Of a stretch of 64,000 nucleotides of DNA, positions 32,230-44,027 are shown one piece after another. A program made the translations under genes and the position numbers. The notes beneath the pieces are model-generated. The model was given only the letters and a program-made list of their open reading frames with translations. It was not told the DNA's origin and did no database searches. Each line of letters starts with the position of its first letter. Within the stretch, counting starts at the first letter, position 1. Source of the DNA: Emiliania huxleyi CCMP1516 (taxonomy: Eukaryota); contig NW_005201792.1 in assembly GCF_000372725.1 (NCBI RefSeq), positions 685,440 through 749,439 on the forward strand, written 5' to 3'.

Positions 32230-33822
32230 ATGCCAGCACTCCCGCGCAGACTAGAGGCCACCAAGCAGACGGAGGCTGCATGGCACACCTCCGAGGAGCG
32301 TCGCCGCGTCGTCATGGCCTGGGCCCACTCGGGCATGCAAGGGTGGCGGCCGACCATGGAGGACGACACCGTCGCCGAGTGCCTTGACCCGTCGGGCGGC
32401 ACGTTTGTCTTTGCAGTGTTTGACGGGCACGGCGGCGACTACTGCTCGCGGTGGGCCGCCCGGGAGCTCCCGCGCCGGCTGCGCGCAGCCATGGCCGCTG
32501 CCGCCGCCGGCCTCTCCTTTGAGCACGGCAGCGGGAGCGGCAGCGAGAGGACGCCGCCTCTAGCAGAGGCGCCGCCTGTAGATGCGGAGCGCAGCCCTCT
32601 GCAGTCGCCTGGATCCTGCCACGTTGCGCTTGGGAACGCTGCACAGCCCGCACGGCCACTGCACACGAGCACCTACGCAGACGTGGCCACGCTGCGGCGC
32701 CGTCCCCCGTGACTCGCCCGCTCCTGCTCCAGGTGCTGCTGGGGATGGACGCCGACCTGCGGAGGGAGGCGCGGGCGTGGTCGTGCGGCACGACGGCGTG
32801 CGTCGGCCTCGTCACCGCGACCAGCGTCACCGTCGCCAACCTCGGAGACTCGCGCGCCGTGCTCTGCCGCGGCGGCGGCGCGCTGCCGCTGTCGTGGGAC
32901 CACAAGCCCACTGACGAAGGCGAGCGGTCACGGATCGTGCGAGCGGGCGCGGCGGTGATCGAGGGGCGCGTCAACGGAGACCTCGCGCTCTCGCGCGCGC
33001 TCGGCGACTTCCGCCACAAGACCGCCTCCCTCCCCGCGCCGCACCAGCCAGTCTCTTCGCTCGCGGACGTGCAGACGGTCGTGCGCGGCCCCTCGGACGC
33101 ATTCCTGCTGCTTGCGTGCGACGGGGTGTGGGACGTGATGGCCTCGTCGGAGGCGGTCGCCTTTTGCTTCGGCTCGCTCGAGCGCTCCTCCTCCCCGCGC
33201 CCAGACTCGCCAGCGGAGCGCGAGGAGAGGCGGCAGGGGCTGGCGCAGGCGCGCCCGACACCGCCACGAGCACTGCGCAGCACACCGCCCGCCAGACACC
33301 TCGGAGCTGGAGCACGCGGACGGGGCACCGAGGGGCCTTGCGCCGCGGCGGTGGCCGCCACCGCCCCGCCTCCCCCCCCCCACCGCCCTCCCTCCCCCTC
33401 CAGATCTGCGAGTGTCTCGTCGACGAGAGCTTGCGGCGCGGCTCGACCGACAACATCACCGTCCTCCTCGTGAGCCTCTCCCCCCCCCCCCCTCCCCCCC
33501 TTCCCGCACCGCACCGCACCGCACCGCACCGCACCGCACCCCACCGCACCCCACCGCACCCCACCGCACCCCACCGCCCCCTCCCCACCAGGTGCTTCTC
33601 GACCCGGAGCTGTCGCCGCGCAGGCCAACCGAGCCGAGGCCCGCCGCGTGGGCGAGTGCGGTATGCGTAGAGATGGGCTTCCTCGGGGACGGAGCGGGCG
33701 CGAAGAAGCAGCGGGCCCTGTTGCGGCGGCTCGCCTGCACCCCCACTTGGCTCGTCGTCGTCTTCGTCGTCTGCGCGCTGCTCGCCACCGCACAGCTGCT
33801 TCGCTCGCCAAACACTCGGTGA
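32230..33822 (+). CDS. PP2C/PPM protein phosphatase with a C-terminal hydrophobic segment (multi-exon)
   Basis: MQGWRPTMED, VFDGHGG, CGTTA, ANLGDSR, DHKP, LALSRALGD, LACDGVWD, RGSTDNIT. Confidence 0.92.
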
Positions 33823-34416
33823 GCTCCACACCAACCTTTCGACCCGCCGAGGAGTCCCCCACCCCCATTCCCCTTCGCTCTGAGCCGGCCTTTGGCCCCG
33901 CTTCAGGCCGGTCGGAGCCACCGCCGTGCAAGGCGGACAGACCGCCGCCGCAGCAGCAGCAGCTCTGTGGCCTCCGCCGCCGCCCGCTGCCGCCGCCATC
34001 ACGCTGTCCGCCGCGACGAACGCGGCGGCCAACGCCGCGACGGCCGCCGCGGAGACTGGCCCGAGCGGCGCCGGGTCTCGCGTCGGAAGGGCAGGCAGCG
34101 TCGCCACCACACCCACCGGCAATGCGGCCTCAACTTCAAAGGAGCCGTGGCGAGTGCGGCGTCGACTGCTCAACGCATCAGCGGCCCACTCGGGATTGTG
34201 ACAGTCCGGACTGGTTTTTGGTGCGCCGCCGCGGCACGGAGCTCGGAGGGCGCGCGCTGTAGGCGTCGGGGTTGTCGGGAGTGACTCTCTTTCTTGGAAG
34301 CAGGGAGGACGGGGGGGCCAGGAGAGCGTGTACTGCCGCCGAACTCGGCAGCCCTCACTTGTTCTGGATCCCCGCCGCCCGTATTTAAAGTAATTCAACT
34401 TTGTACGTAAACGCTG

Positions 34417-35889
34417 TCAAGTGTCATGCGGGCCAAAGATGAGCTCTGCGCGCATCCTCCAGTGATGCATCTCGCCGAAATGGGGACGCGAGGCGTTCAC
34501 AAGCCACGAGGCGCGCAGCGTCGCATTGAGAGCCAGTTCGGCTGGTGACTGCAGGCCCGGCACCCCGGCGCCCCACAGACACGGCGGGATGGAGTGGATG
34601 TAGCCAGACGGAGCGTACACCGGCACTTGCCTGCAAAGCACAGCGCCAGAGCCAGCGTCGATGAGCGTTGAGGAGATGCACCCTCCAAGATGGCAGTGCG
34701 CATTTGCGTAGATGAGGCGCACTCCCACGACCCTGGTGCGGGGAGGAGTCCCGCCCGTCCACTCGTAGTCCGCCGCGTCCACCCTCTCCCTCCGGAGCAT
34801 GCTCTCGACTGTCCACTGCGTCTCGCGCCGCACGATCGGGTCCAGCGCCGGGTCGACCTCGCGCACATTGAAGCCCTTGAGCTCGGGGGTGTGCACCAGC
34901 CGGACTAGCCGTTTATGGCTTGGCTGTATGCCCGCATTGCTATCGGGCGAGAAGGGCTGGAAGTAGATCCGGAAGCGGACGTAATACTCCCAAAAATCCT
35001 CAGGGATGGCGTGCTCGGCGCCCGCCAGAAGCCACCCGTCCCTGCAGCAGCCCATGCCGCCGACGCAAGTCTCGGACGGGCACTGGTGCGGGGCCTTGAA
35101 GCCCTGAATGGAGGTTATGGTGCCACTCCCGTCCAGCTCCAGCTCCGGTGACACGTTCGCAGTCGTGGACGTGTTGTCGTCGTGCACGTAAAGCAGCTGC
35201 CTCGTCGACAGCTGCGTCACCCGGTTGGTGCACGGACACTCGACCAGCTGGTTGGCGGGTGGTAGTCCGGTCCACTCGCCCGCTCGCGGCCGCGTGTCAA
35301 TCTGCATGAGCTGCGCCACCACACGGCGCGGCCGCGTGACCACCTGCGCGTACCCGTGCGGGTAGCCGTGGAAGGTAAACGGAGACTCGCCGCCGTTGGC
35401 CATATCTAGGGACTGGATCGAGGCCGGAAGGCTGTGCTCCCAGCCGTGTTCCTCCTCGCCAACCACTAGGCCCAGATAGTGGTGATTGTACGCCTCTTCC
35501 TGAGGCACCCACTCCTCGCGCCCATCCGGACCGGTCGCATACTGCCCAAACTCGTACCCGACGATGGCGACTGCGGTATGGTCCGCCGGGAAGGAAACGG
35601 GCTCGCTCTCGCGGTACGACACTTGGGAGAAGCGTGTCCGTACGGGGAACGAGGCTTCAAAAAACTCGAGCGTCTTCCCTGGATAACTTGCGTACGTCGT
35701 GTTGAAGGTGAGCGAATTCGCCAGTGCGTAGGCTCCGACGTGCATGTTGGGCGACGCGGAGGCGTCGCGGACGTGCCGAGTCCATGGCGCTCGCGTTGGC
35801 GTGGTCGGAATGGACTGCAATGCGCGTCTCGTGCTCGGGGCCGAAGACAGTGCAATGAACACCACGCCGGCTAGCAGCGCGGCCAGCAT
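34417..35889 (-). CDS. Secreted SURNod19/PHM-like copper monooxygenase-fold protein; intronless
   Basis: Signal peptide; YNHHY, IDTR, YANAHCHLGG, LCRQVPVY and HFGEM give the HH...HxH...M Cu-ligand pattern. Confidence 0.75.
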   Translation of the reverse strand: MLAALLAGVVFIALSSAPSTRRALQSIPTTPTRAPWTRHVRDASASPNMHVGAYALANSLTFNTTYASYPGKTLEFFEASFPVRTRFSQVSYRESEPVSFPADHTAVAIVGYEFGQYATGPDGREEWVPQEEAYNHHYLGLVVGEEEHGWEHSLPASIQSLDMANGGESPFTFHGYPHGYAQVVTRPRRVVAQLMQIDTRPRAGEWTGLPPANQLVECPCTNRVTQLSTRQLLYVHDDNTSTTANVSPELELDGSGTITSIQGFKAPHQCPSETCVGGMGCCRDGWLLAGAEHAIPEDFWEYYVRFRIYFQPFSPDSNAGIQPSHKRLVRLVHTPELKGFNVREVDPALDPIVRRETQWTVESMLRRERVDAADYEWTGGTPPRTRVVGVRLIYANAHCHLGGCISSTLIDAGSGAVLCRQVPVYAPSGYIHSIPPCLWGAGVPGLQSPAELALNATLRASWLVNASRPHFGEMHHWRMRAELIFGPHDT

Positions 35890-35954
35890 ATGGAAATGCT
35901 AAGTCCGTGCGTCCTCTTGCAAACACCCAATATTGGAGGCCAATCCAAATATAC

Positions 35955-36788
35955 ATGGGCGCCAAAACGAGCGTGCCCGTCGGCGGGTCGACCTCACGCG
36001 ACTGCACGGCAAAGCTCTCCTCGCACTACGACGCTCTCGCGGAGACCGGTGTGCAGATTCCTGAGCGCGGCTCTTCGATGCTGCGAAGCGTCCAGCACGA
36101 CCGGTGGCGCAACTGCACGCGCAAGGGAAAGCCCCACCCTTGCATGGAGGTTGAGCCGGGCACAAATCTTGTTGAGTTCGTGGAGGAGATGGCAATCGCT
36201 GCCGCGGAGTGCGAGCCGGGTAGCTGCAGCCGTGTCTGTGAGATTGGATTCAACGCTGGCGTCAGCTCCCTGGCGTGGTTGTGTGCAGCGCCGCATGCTC
36301 AGGTGCACGCCTTCGACATCGGCGAGCACCCCTACAGCCAGCCGGCTGCAACGTTGATTGAATCGGCGTGGCCAGGGCGCCACACGGTGACGTGGGGTCG
36401 ATCGACCGCTACGCTTCCCAGCCTCGCAGACCGGGTGCAAGGCGCGTACTGCGACTTTGCCTTTATCGACGGCTCTCGCGCTGAGGTGGATGTCACCGCC
36501 GACATCCTGAACTTGGCCCGGCTCGCCTCGCCCAACAGTATCGTAATCTTAGAGAACTGCAACAGCTGGGGCGCCGAGCACGGTTGGGGCGGTTTCGTGG
36601 GAGTCAACCAGGCGTACCTCAAGGCCTTGAATGTTGGTGTACTCACTCACGTGAAGCAAGTGTCGCTCGGCCCGTGCGGGCAGCCGGCGGGCTGGGGCAA
36701 CCCGCGGAACGACATGAAGCTATGCCGCGAGATGTGTGTAGCTCGCTTCATGCAAGTGGGATCGGACGTCGCGGCGGCTATGCGCTGA
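35955..36788 (+). CDS. Class I SAM-dependent methyltransferase (Methyltransf_24-like); intronless
   Basis: VCEIGFNAGVSS, HAFDIG, WGRS..TLP, CDFAFIDG. Confidence 0.85.
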   Translation: MGAKTSVPVGGSTSRDCTAKLSSHYDALAETGVQIPERGSSMLRSVQHDRWRNCTRKGKPHPCMEVEPGTNLVEFVEEMAIAAAECEPGSCSRVCEIGFNAGVSSLAWLCAAPHAQVHAFDIGEHPYSQPAATLIESAWPGRHTVTWGRSTATLPSLADRVQGAYCDFAFIDGSRAEVDVTADILNLARLASPNSIVILENCNSWGAEHGWGGFVGVNQAYLKALNVGVLTHVKQVSLGPCGQPAGWGNPRNDMKLCREMCVARFMQVGSDVAAAMR

Positions 36789-37086
36789 GGGAGAGCGCCA
36801 GCCGGCGTCTGTCAACCGACCCCTCACCGGCAAGCTCAGCGAATCTCCCCGCACAATGGAGGACCTCCATCCCAAGCGTTGAGTCGGTGAGACACTCCGG
36901 CTATGTTTTGGTGCCTAGCCCCAAGGCATGCGCTTGCGCTGTGTGTGGGCCATCTGCTGTGAGTCTCGGAGAGGAGAGAGTATGTGACCCCCCCCCACCA
37001 AAACCAGTACACACACACGCCTCCAAAAAAGAGCAATGTAATAAGTATCTATAGATATCCGGATATAAATACATCCCGACGGGCGC

Positions 37087-38124
37087 TCAGCAGACATCGA
37101 TTAGGCCCCCACTCCCGGCCGTGTATGGCTCCAGCGCACACGTGGAGTGCCACCACTTGTTCGGCACGACGACGACCTCGCCTGCCGCCTGGACGCACGT
37201 GTGCAGCTCGCGCCTAACGTCGATGTCCACGCTCGGCTTGAAGCCGCAGACGCTGTTGGCGCGCTGCAGCTCCGGGTTCTCGTCGAACGGAAAGTCGTAC
37301 GAGCCGCGCTCCGCGCCGCTCTCGTCGAACAAGTGCACCTCGCGCGGCAGCATGTACCACGACTTTCGGCCGGCGAAGAGCCCGTGCCACGCAGCGCAGT
37401 GTTTGTGAAAGCCGTGGCTCGTGCCATAGGCCTGGAAGGACAGGTGCCGGGAGAGCTCACGCGGCCCCGCCGATAGCAGCCGCGGGGTGGGGAGGCTCTC
37501 CCTCTTCGCAGGCCACCAGCTGGGGCACTTTGGCCCGAGAGGGTGGTCAAGCGTCGTGCACGCGCTAAAGTAGAGCGCATTCTCCCGCTGCAGGCTCAGC
37601 CAGCGAGGGTGAACCCCGACGTAGGTGAGTGCGTTCCAGTCATCAAAGTATCTGCCCACGCCGCGTGTGCCGGCCGCCGGCTTAGCGAAGGCGGTCGGCC
37701 TCGAAAAGTTCCACTCGTGAACGTCTCTCTCCTCAAGCAGCGGCGCGAGCTCGGCGCGGAAGAATGCAGTGGTCCAGTCCCGCAGCGCGCGCCAGTCGGT
37801 GATCAGGTCCGTGGCCAGGCAGGGGGCCGCGTCGGTGCAGTTGAGCAGAAGATCGGGTGTGACGCGATCGAGCACCCTGAAGCCGCCCGCACGGCAGCGC
37901 TCGTGGCGCTCCTTGCGGTCGCGTGCCTGCTCCCATTCGTGGAAGACGAAGCTTCCGCCGGGGCGAGACACCTGCGCGTCAGTGGGCAGCAGCTCGTGCG
38001 CGGCCAGAAATTCGAGCGTCAGCTCGCCGCGCATATCTCTCCACGGTTTCTGACGGACGTCGGACGTACGATGTTTGGCCAAAATCTGCAAAGATGCGAC
38101 GAGAAGCTCAATCGAGAGAGGCAT
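37087..38124 (-). CDS. JmjC-domain 2OG/Fe(II) oxygenase (JMJD8-like); intronless
   Basis: GFHKH.AAW.GLF.GRKSW and CVQ.AGEVVVVP..WWHST. ATG (MPLSIELL) lies just after the GA tract. Confidence 0.8.
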   Translation of the reverse strand: MPLSIELLVASLQILAKHRTSDVRQKPWRDMRGELTLEFLAAHELLPTDAQVSRPGGSFVFHEWEQARDRKERHERCRAGGFRVLDRVTPDLLLNCTDAAPCLATDLITDWRALRDWTTAFFRAELAPLLEERDVHEWNFSRPTAFAKPAAGTRGVGRYFDDWNALTYVGVHPRWLSLQRENALYFSACTTLDHPLGPKCPSWWPAKRESLPTPRLLSAGPRELSRHLSFQAYGTSHGFHKHCAAWHGLFAGRKSWYMLPREVHLFDESGAERGSYDFPFDENPELQRANSVCGFKPSVDIDVRRELHTCVQAAGEVVVVPNKWWHSTCALEPYTAGSGGLIDVC

Positions 38125-38135
38125 CCTCGGCGCAC

Positions 38136-38250
<115 letters not shown>

Positions 38251-38459
38251 TCCTTTCTCCAGCCAGTCAGTCACAGTGTGTGTATGTGTGTGTGGCTCTT
38301 ACGAACACACACACATAACAAACAAACAATTGGTATTGATAAATTCTCTGGTACAGATATACACCCTTTCATGGCATCGATCGAGACTGACTCAATCAAG
38401 CCTTTGTTTGTGTAAACGAAGAGAGGGTTCTTGGATGGGTGGAAGCGAGCGAAGCGAGC

Positions 38460-38475
38460 GAGAGAGAGAGAGGTC

Positions 38476-38563
<88 letters not shown>
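38460..38563. repeat. (GA)n microsatellite, inverted relative to the CT tract
   Basis: Read directly from the sequence. Confidence 0.95.
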
Positions 38564-38565
<2 letters not shown>

Positions 38566-39993
38566 CTGATCGTGATGCACCGACAAGCCGTGCGCACGAC
38601 TTCTTTCATGTGTAAATTCTCTTTTTAACCTAACAATTCTTTTCTCACGCACTGGGAGAGAGAGATTTTTAGAAGCCAACAAGAAATCTAGCACTCACAG
38701 TGACTTGGGCTTGGCAGCTTGTCAACTACCAGCCGGACCCGGATTCGGAATCTCGGAGAGACGGGAAATTCCTCGGTCCCCGAATTGTATTTCTAAGCCC
38801 ATCCGTTTTGCTACTGGGGGGGTGTATAACCCCCCCCCCAGCAGCAGAGCGCTGCTGCTGGGGGGGGGGGTCCCGACCCCCCCAGCAGCAGAGGCAGCGC
38901 ACTGGACCCAGCTCTCCCGCCTCTTCGCCCCCCCCCTCCCGCCCCCTCGGCTCGTGTTTGAGCGGTACGCTCGAGGCGGTTGTGTTCACCGCGCCTTCGA
39001 GCCCAATACACCTTCGTCGTGTCGAGTGCTGGCGTTTTACTAAAGACTTGTGACCATGGTGAGTCTATCTTGTACTACCACACATAGGCGCGTATAGTGA
39101 GCCACTCACTCGGGCGTCTCGCTGACGTTGATCGATCAGCGCTGATCTCCCTAGCCTATCGCCCACCCGCTCGATCCTCGGATCGCTCGCTTGTCGCAAA
39201 TCGATCGACTGAGCTGTCATCCCCGCTGCCTTTTCTTTTTTCGAAAACGCGCGTGCGCCCGTCGCGGCAAAACTGTCAGGTCTGCCGCGACGCGTCGCCC
39301 GCGCAATGGCGGGCAGAGGCGCCGCGAGGCACGAGAGGCGTAGAAGAGAGGCTGGCGTGCCCCGCACCGCCCGGCTGGCAGTAGGAGGCCCCGCCGGTGA
39401 GACCACTGATTTTGATGCCGACCATAAATTCTCGCAACTCGAACGCATGCTACTTAGATACAGCTGCTGTCTGTACAGAGATGCCAGCACCCCCCACAGG
39501 CAGAGCGCTGCTGCTGGGGGGGGGGTCGGCCATGGGCTTAGGTGTGCAGGGGGGGTACCGAGCAGTGTGCGGCCGCTCTCGGAACCGTAGCCGAGAAAGT
39601 CGTCGGAGGGTGTCGAAAGTGTCATTCGCCTCGCTAGTAGAGCCGGAGCCGCATGATTCTTGGTCGGAGGAGGAGTCGTTGGAGGAGCGGTCGGACAGCC
39701 CGCGCTTTGGTGCACCTGTGTTAGTGGCACTATTAGTGCCAGTGCGCGCCAGTCCCGTGCCTAGTCCACAGCCTAGTGTTGGAGAGACACAGAGTTTTGT
39801 TGTAGTGTTGTTTGTGAGAGGGAGTTTTGGAGCACTTGGAGTTTGGTCGTAAATGAAATTGTTTTCTCGTGGTGTACCTGTGTTAGTGCCAGTGCGCGGC
39901 AGTGCCGTAAAGAAAGAAAACTGACAACCAACTTGGTCTTCCCTTTCTTTTCGACGGCGTGTCCTCTGTCGGTTCCTGTGCAGTGCAGCAAAA

Positions 39994-41386
39994 ATGGCAG
40001 GTGAGAGTTGGCTGACCTCGCTGCTCGCCGACTCGCGAGCGTCTGGCGCCACGCTCGCCGCAGCTTCCATGCTCGTCATCGTCGCGGTCTGCTCGTGCGC
40101 CCTTGGCGCGTGGCACGCTCGGCGCGCAGTGGCACGTCGATCGCTAATGACATCGGCGACGGCACAGGCCGAGGCGCAGCTCGCCCGCTCCATCGCAGGC
40201 GGCGAGACTCTACGCTGGCGGCGGGACTCCACGCTGCCCGAGCCTGCCGCCGAGGCAGCCTGCACGCACGCGATCGAGGCGCAGATGTTTGTGACGGCCG
40301 GCACTCCCAAGAAGAAGCGGCGGCCGTCGCGGACAGGCATCCGCGCAGAGTGGTGCACGTCGCCCCCAGGCTCGAATCCAGGCTCGCGGCGCGGTTCGCT
40401 CGACTCGACCTCCTCTTCCGAGTTTTCGCGCGTGGACGTCGGCGGAGCCCCGGTGCAGACCTTTTGCGCTTTGACCTATAGCACTCGGTACCAGGACAAA
40501 CGGAGCGATGTTCCATGGACCGTAGGGGAGTGCGCGAGCAGTCGGGCATGGCCCCCGGCTCTCGCCGCTGCGCAAGTCGCAGACGTACGGCCGGCCTACA
40601 GACAAGAGCGGCTCCAAGACGGTCACCCTCCACCTGGCCGACGTGCCGGGCCTGGTCGGAGACGGAGACAGCTCCAGCAAGCGCGGGCCTTGGCTGGCGG
40701 CGTTGGCAGCGGTCCGGCTCGGATTCGGCCCGCGCGGCGAGCACGAGGCGGCAGCAGGCGCTCACGGGGCGGGCGAGGAGGCGGCGCCGGCGGCGCGTGC
40801 GCGACACGGCGGCGCAGATGCCGACGCGGCGCCCAAGCACGACGCTCGCTCGCTCGGCTCGAGCAGCGGGTACGAGCCGCGGGCGTGGGACCTGATCCGC
40901 GCCGCCGCCGCCGAGGCGAGGTGCGGCGGCGCGGGGCTCGACGGACAGCGCCGCGGCAGGAGCGGACGCCACGGCAGCTGCTCCTCCCGCTCCTCGGAGC
41001 CCGCGTCCGGAGAGGGCGGCTGGCTCGGCGACTCGAGCGAGCGCGCAGCCGACGAGGCGGAGCGCGAGCTGCAGCTGCGGATCGCCGTCGGGAGGAGCGG
41101 CTTCGCCCTCCCTCCACGCGCCGTCGAGCGCGCCATCACCTCGACGGCGCGCGATCTGGCCGTGTCATCGCCCCTAGCGTCGCCGAAGGCGGAGGCGGCG
41201 CCTCAGCCGCCTCCGCCTCAGCCGCCGGCCCAACTGCCGACCCACCACGCAGCGGCGCAAGGGCGCGCGCCCTGCGCCGGAGGCACCACTTCCGTGGCCC
41301 TCTCGCCGATCCCCTCCCGTCCCCCCTCCACCTGCGACTCGCCCGGGCTTCTGCTTCCAGCCGCGCGCTGCGGCGACATGGACTAG
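39994..41386 (+). CDS. Hypothetical single-pass membrane protein (2 exons)
   Basis: N-terminal TM segment; a GT-AG intron at 40522-40582 joins the two open frames in phase. Confidence 0.55.
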
Positions 41387-42163
41387 GTGTGACTAGTTCG
41401 TAGTTGTGAGTCGGGCGGGCGCGGGCACACACACGAACTCGGAGCACTTTCTTTGGAGTGCGGTCACAGCCTCACATCCAGGGCCGGGGAGCTAAGAAAG
41501 AAGAAGCACCCAGCGGCCGGCGGGGCGATCGGGATCGGCCAAGAGAGCCCTGAGCCTGCAGGGGAGGGGTGCGTTCGCTCTTCGTTCGTTTTCGCAAAGG
41601 GCAAAAAGAATAACAAATAACCGGTCGAACAGCCGTGGCGCGTGGGGGTTTAAAATCCCTGTGTGGTGGCGGCGTAAAAGAAAGAAAGAAAACAGACAAC
41701 CCAGAGCGCAGAGGAGGGATGGCGGATGGGAGGACGGCACGCCGCACTTGTATCCTTGGAGCACTTGGAGTGCAGTTAGCAACCGCACATCCAGGATCCA
41801 GGGCCGGGGAGCTAAGAAGCGCACCCGCGGGCCGTGGCCCTGGATGCGCACCCCCGGCCCTGGATGTGCGGGCCGGATGATCGGTGTCGGGTTGCGGGCA
41901 AGAGAGCCCTAGCCTAGGCCTAGCCCCGGGGGTGCGCGTTCGCAGGGAAAGGGCCTTAAAGTAAACACGGGTCTCCGAGGGTTAGCTCCGCGCTCCGGGT
42001 TTCCCCTAGCAGCAGACCGCCCCCTCTACTCGGAACTATACGTGCAATTTCTTGGAGCACTTGGAGTGCGGTTAGTAGCCTGACATCCGGTTTCTTTCTT
42101 TCTCCTCGGCCGGGAACCGCCAGGGGCAGCGCCACACAACCCAGCGACTCGCGCGCAAATCTG

Positions 42164-43391
42164 ATGGGCTGGGGAGGCTACGGACGCAGCTCTGGCTACG
42201 GCGGCCGCGGCAACAACTTCCATGGCGGCGGCTCCGCTTCGACAAACTGGCGGTATCTCACCGAGGCGGACAGACAAGGTCCGCGTCGGGAGGAGATCAT
42301 GATGTCGACGACGTACGCCAAGGAGCGCTTTGCACCACCACCGATATCGGTCGCATCCAAGGGTACCGGCGACCGGGAGGCAAGGGTGGGACTCTCACGA
42401 TGTACTACGTCCTGGACCTGAAGGATGCAGCGATCGCCAAGCACGGCCAGCAGCACTTCGACAACCACGTGCCAGAGGGCAAGGAGCTGTCGGGTGTGGC
42501 AGCCACGGAGCGCGCGGAGAAGGAGGAGCAGGAGCGCGTCGCGGCGCAGGCCGCGCGCGATCGTGCGCAGTACGCCGTTGTGCCACCAGAGCGCCTCCTG
42601 AACAAGGGCCTCGACCAGCTGCAAGCCATCCTCATCCGCTGCGAGGGCGGCCGACAGAAGCCGCCGTACGAGAAGTCAAAGGCCGGCTGCATCGAGCGCA
42701 TCCTCAAGGCCGGCTACGACGTGGCGGCGGAGGTGGCGGCGATGGAGAAGCAAAAGGCGGCCGACGATGAGCGGCGGGCGCAGCAGGAGGCCGAGCGCGC
42801 CGTCCTCCGGGCCAAGATTGAGAAGGAGGCGGCCGCGGCCAAGGCGAAGGCGGAGGTGGCCGCCGCCCTCAAGGCCGAGCGGGTGAAGATGTTCGAGGCG
42901 GGGTCGCTCTCGATCGATGAGCTCAAGTACGACGAGATCCAGCACCAGCTCTCGCGGCTCGGCGTCCCTGGCAAGGAGCGTGTTGGCAAGAAGGAGGACC
43001 TGCGCACGCGGCTCAAGGAGGCATGCGTCGGCAAGTCACGGGCACAGCCAAGTAGCGCGTTACCCTCGTCGACATCGTTCGCGGCGTCGTGCTCCTCCTC
43101 CGACACCGCAAGTCCGGCGGTGCCAGCGGCATCGGCGTCGTCATCGTCGCTGCCTTCGGCGCCAGCTCAAGGCAAGGCCACATCGATCGCACCGTCGCCG
43201 CCTCCGACCGCTGCCCCCAACATGGCCGGCAAGAAGCGCACGATTGACGCCTTTCTCGCCAAGGACGATGACAATGCCGATGCCAGGTCTTCGCAAAGCC
43301 CATCAATGTGGACCACCCGAATCCGGGCCGCGCGCGTCGCGGCAACGCGAAGGCATCCTACGCGGAGGCTGCTGATGACGACGAAGACTGA
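42164..43391 (+). pseudogene. XPA-C-like plus SAP-like domain gene interrupted by frameshift(s); pseudogene or sequence error
   Basis: MSTTYAKERF continues as CTTTDIGRIQ...TMYYVLDLKDAAIAKHG only after a -1 shift at 42329-42331. SAP-like segment IDELKYDEIQHQLSRLGV..VGKKEDLRTRL. Confidence 0.45.
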
Positions 43392-44027
43392 AAGAGGGCA
43401 CTTGTCCCCACATTGTTTGTCTTTGTTTGTACACGCGTTACCGCTGCACATGCGCAACATTCATTGGAATCATCCGCACGTACACACGCGGCGGCTCGCG
43501 GGCAGGCTCTCCGCCCCCCCATGCCTGTGTTAGTACCAGCACGTGCCACAGTCCCCGCGCCTCGGTGTCGAGCCTGTCTGATGAGAGAGAGACGGCTTAG
43601 TGGGACCTCGCCTTGCGCCGCGCAATTTCCCGGCATTTCTCCTCCCGAGGGCGGCGGCCGCGGGCGGCAGTCCCGGGAGGCACGCCGGCGGAAGGGCTCG
43701 TCTTCGCGGGGCGGGGTGCGCACTGCGCGCCGCGAGGATGAGGAGCCTGAGCCAGGGGAGGGTTGGGAAGGGGGGGCGAGGCCGGAGGAGTATGACGGCC
43801 TCTTCGACGGCCCATAAGGGGCCGTTGTCTGCTGTGCCTTTTGTGGTGCTAGTCCGTGCCAGTCTGCTGTGTTAGAGAGGTGGCTTCCGGAATACTTCCG
43901 CGAAGCTGCCCCCAGCAGGCGTTTGACCAAAATCCAAATTTCCCTACTCCAGTTGAGGCTGCCCTCGGACCCGAGAAGGGCTTGTGTTCGCGTGGTAGAA
44001 TTCTCCTCCCGCGTGAGCAAGCATCAG

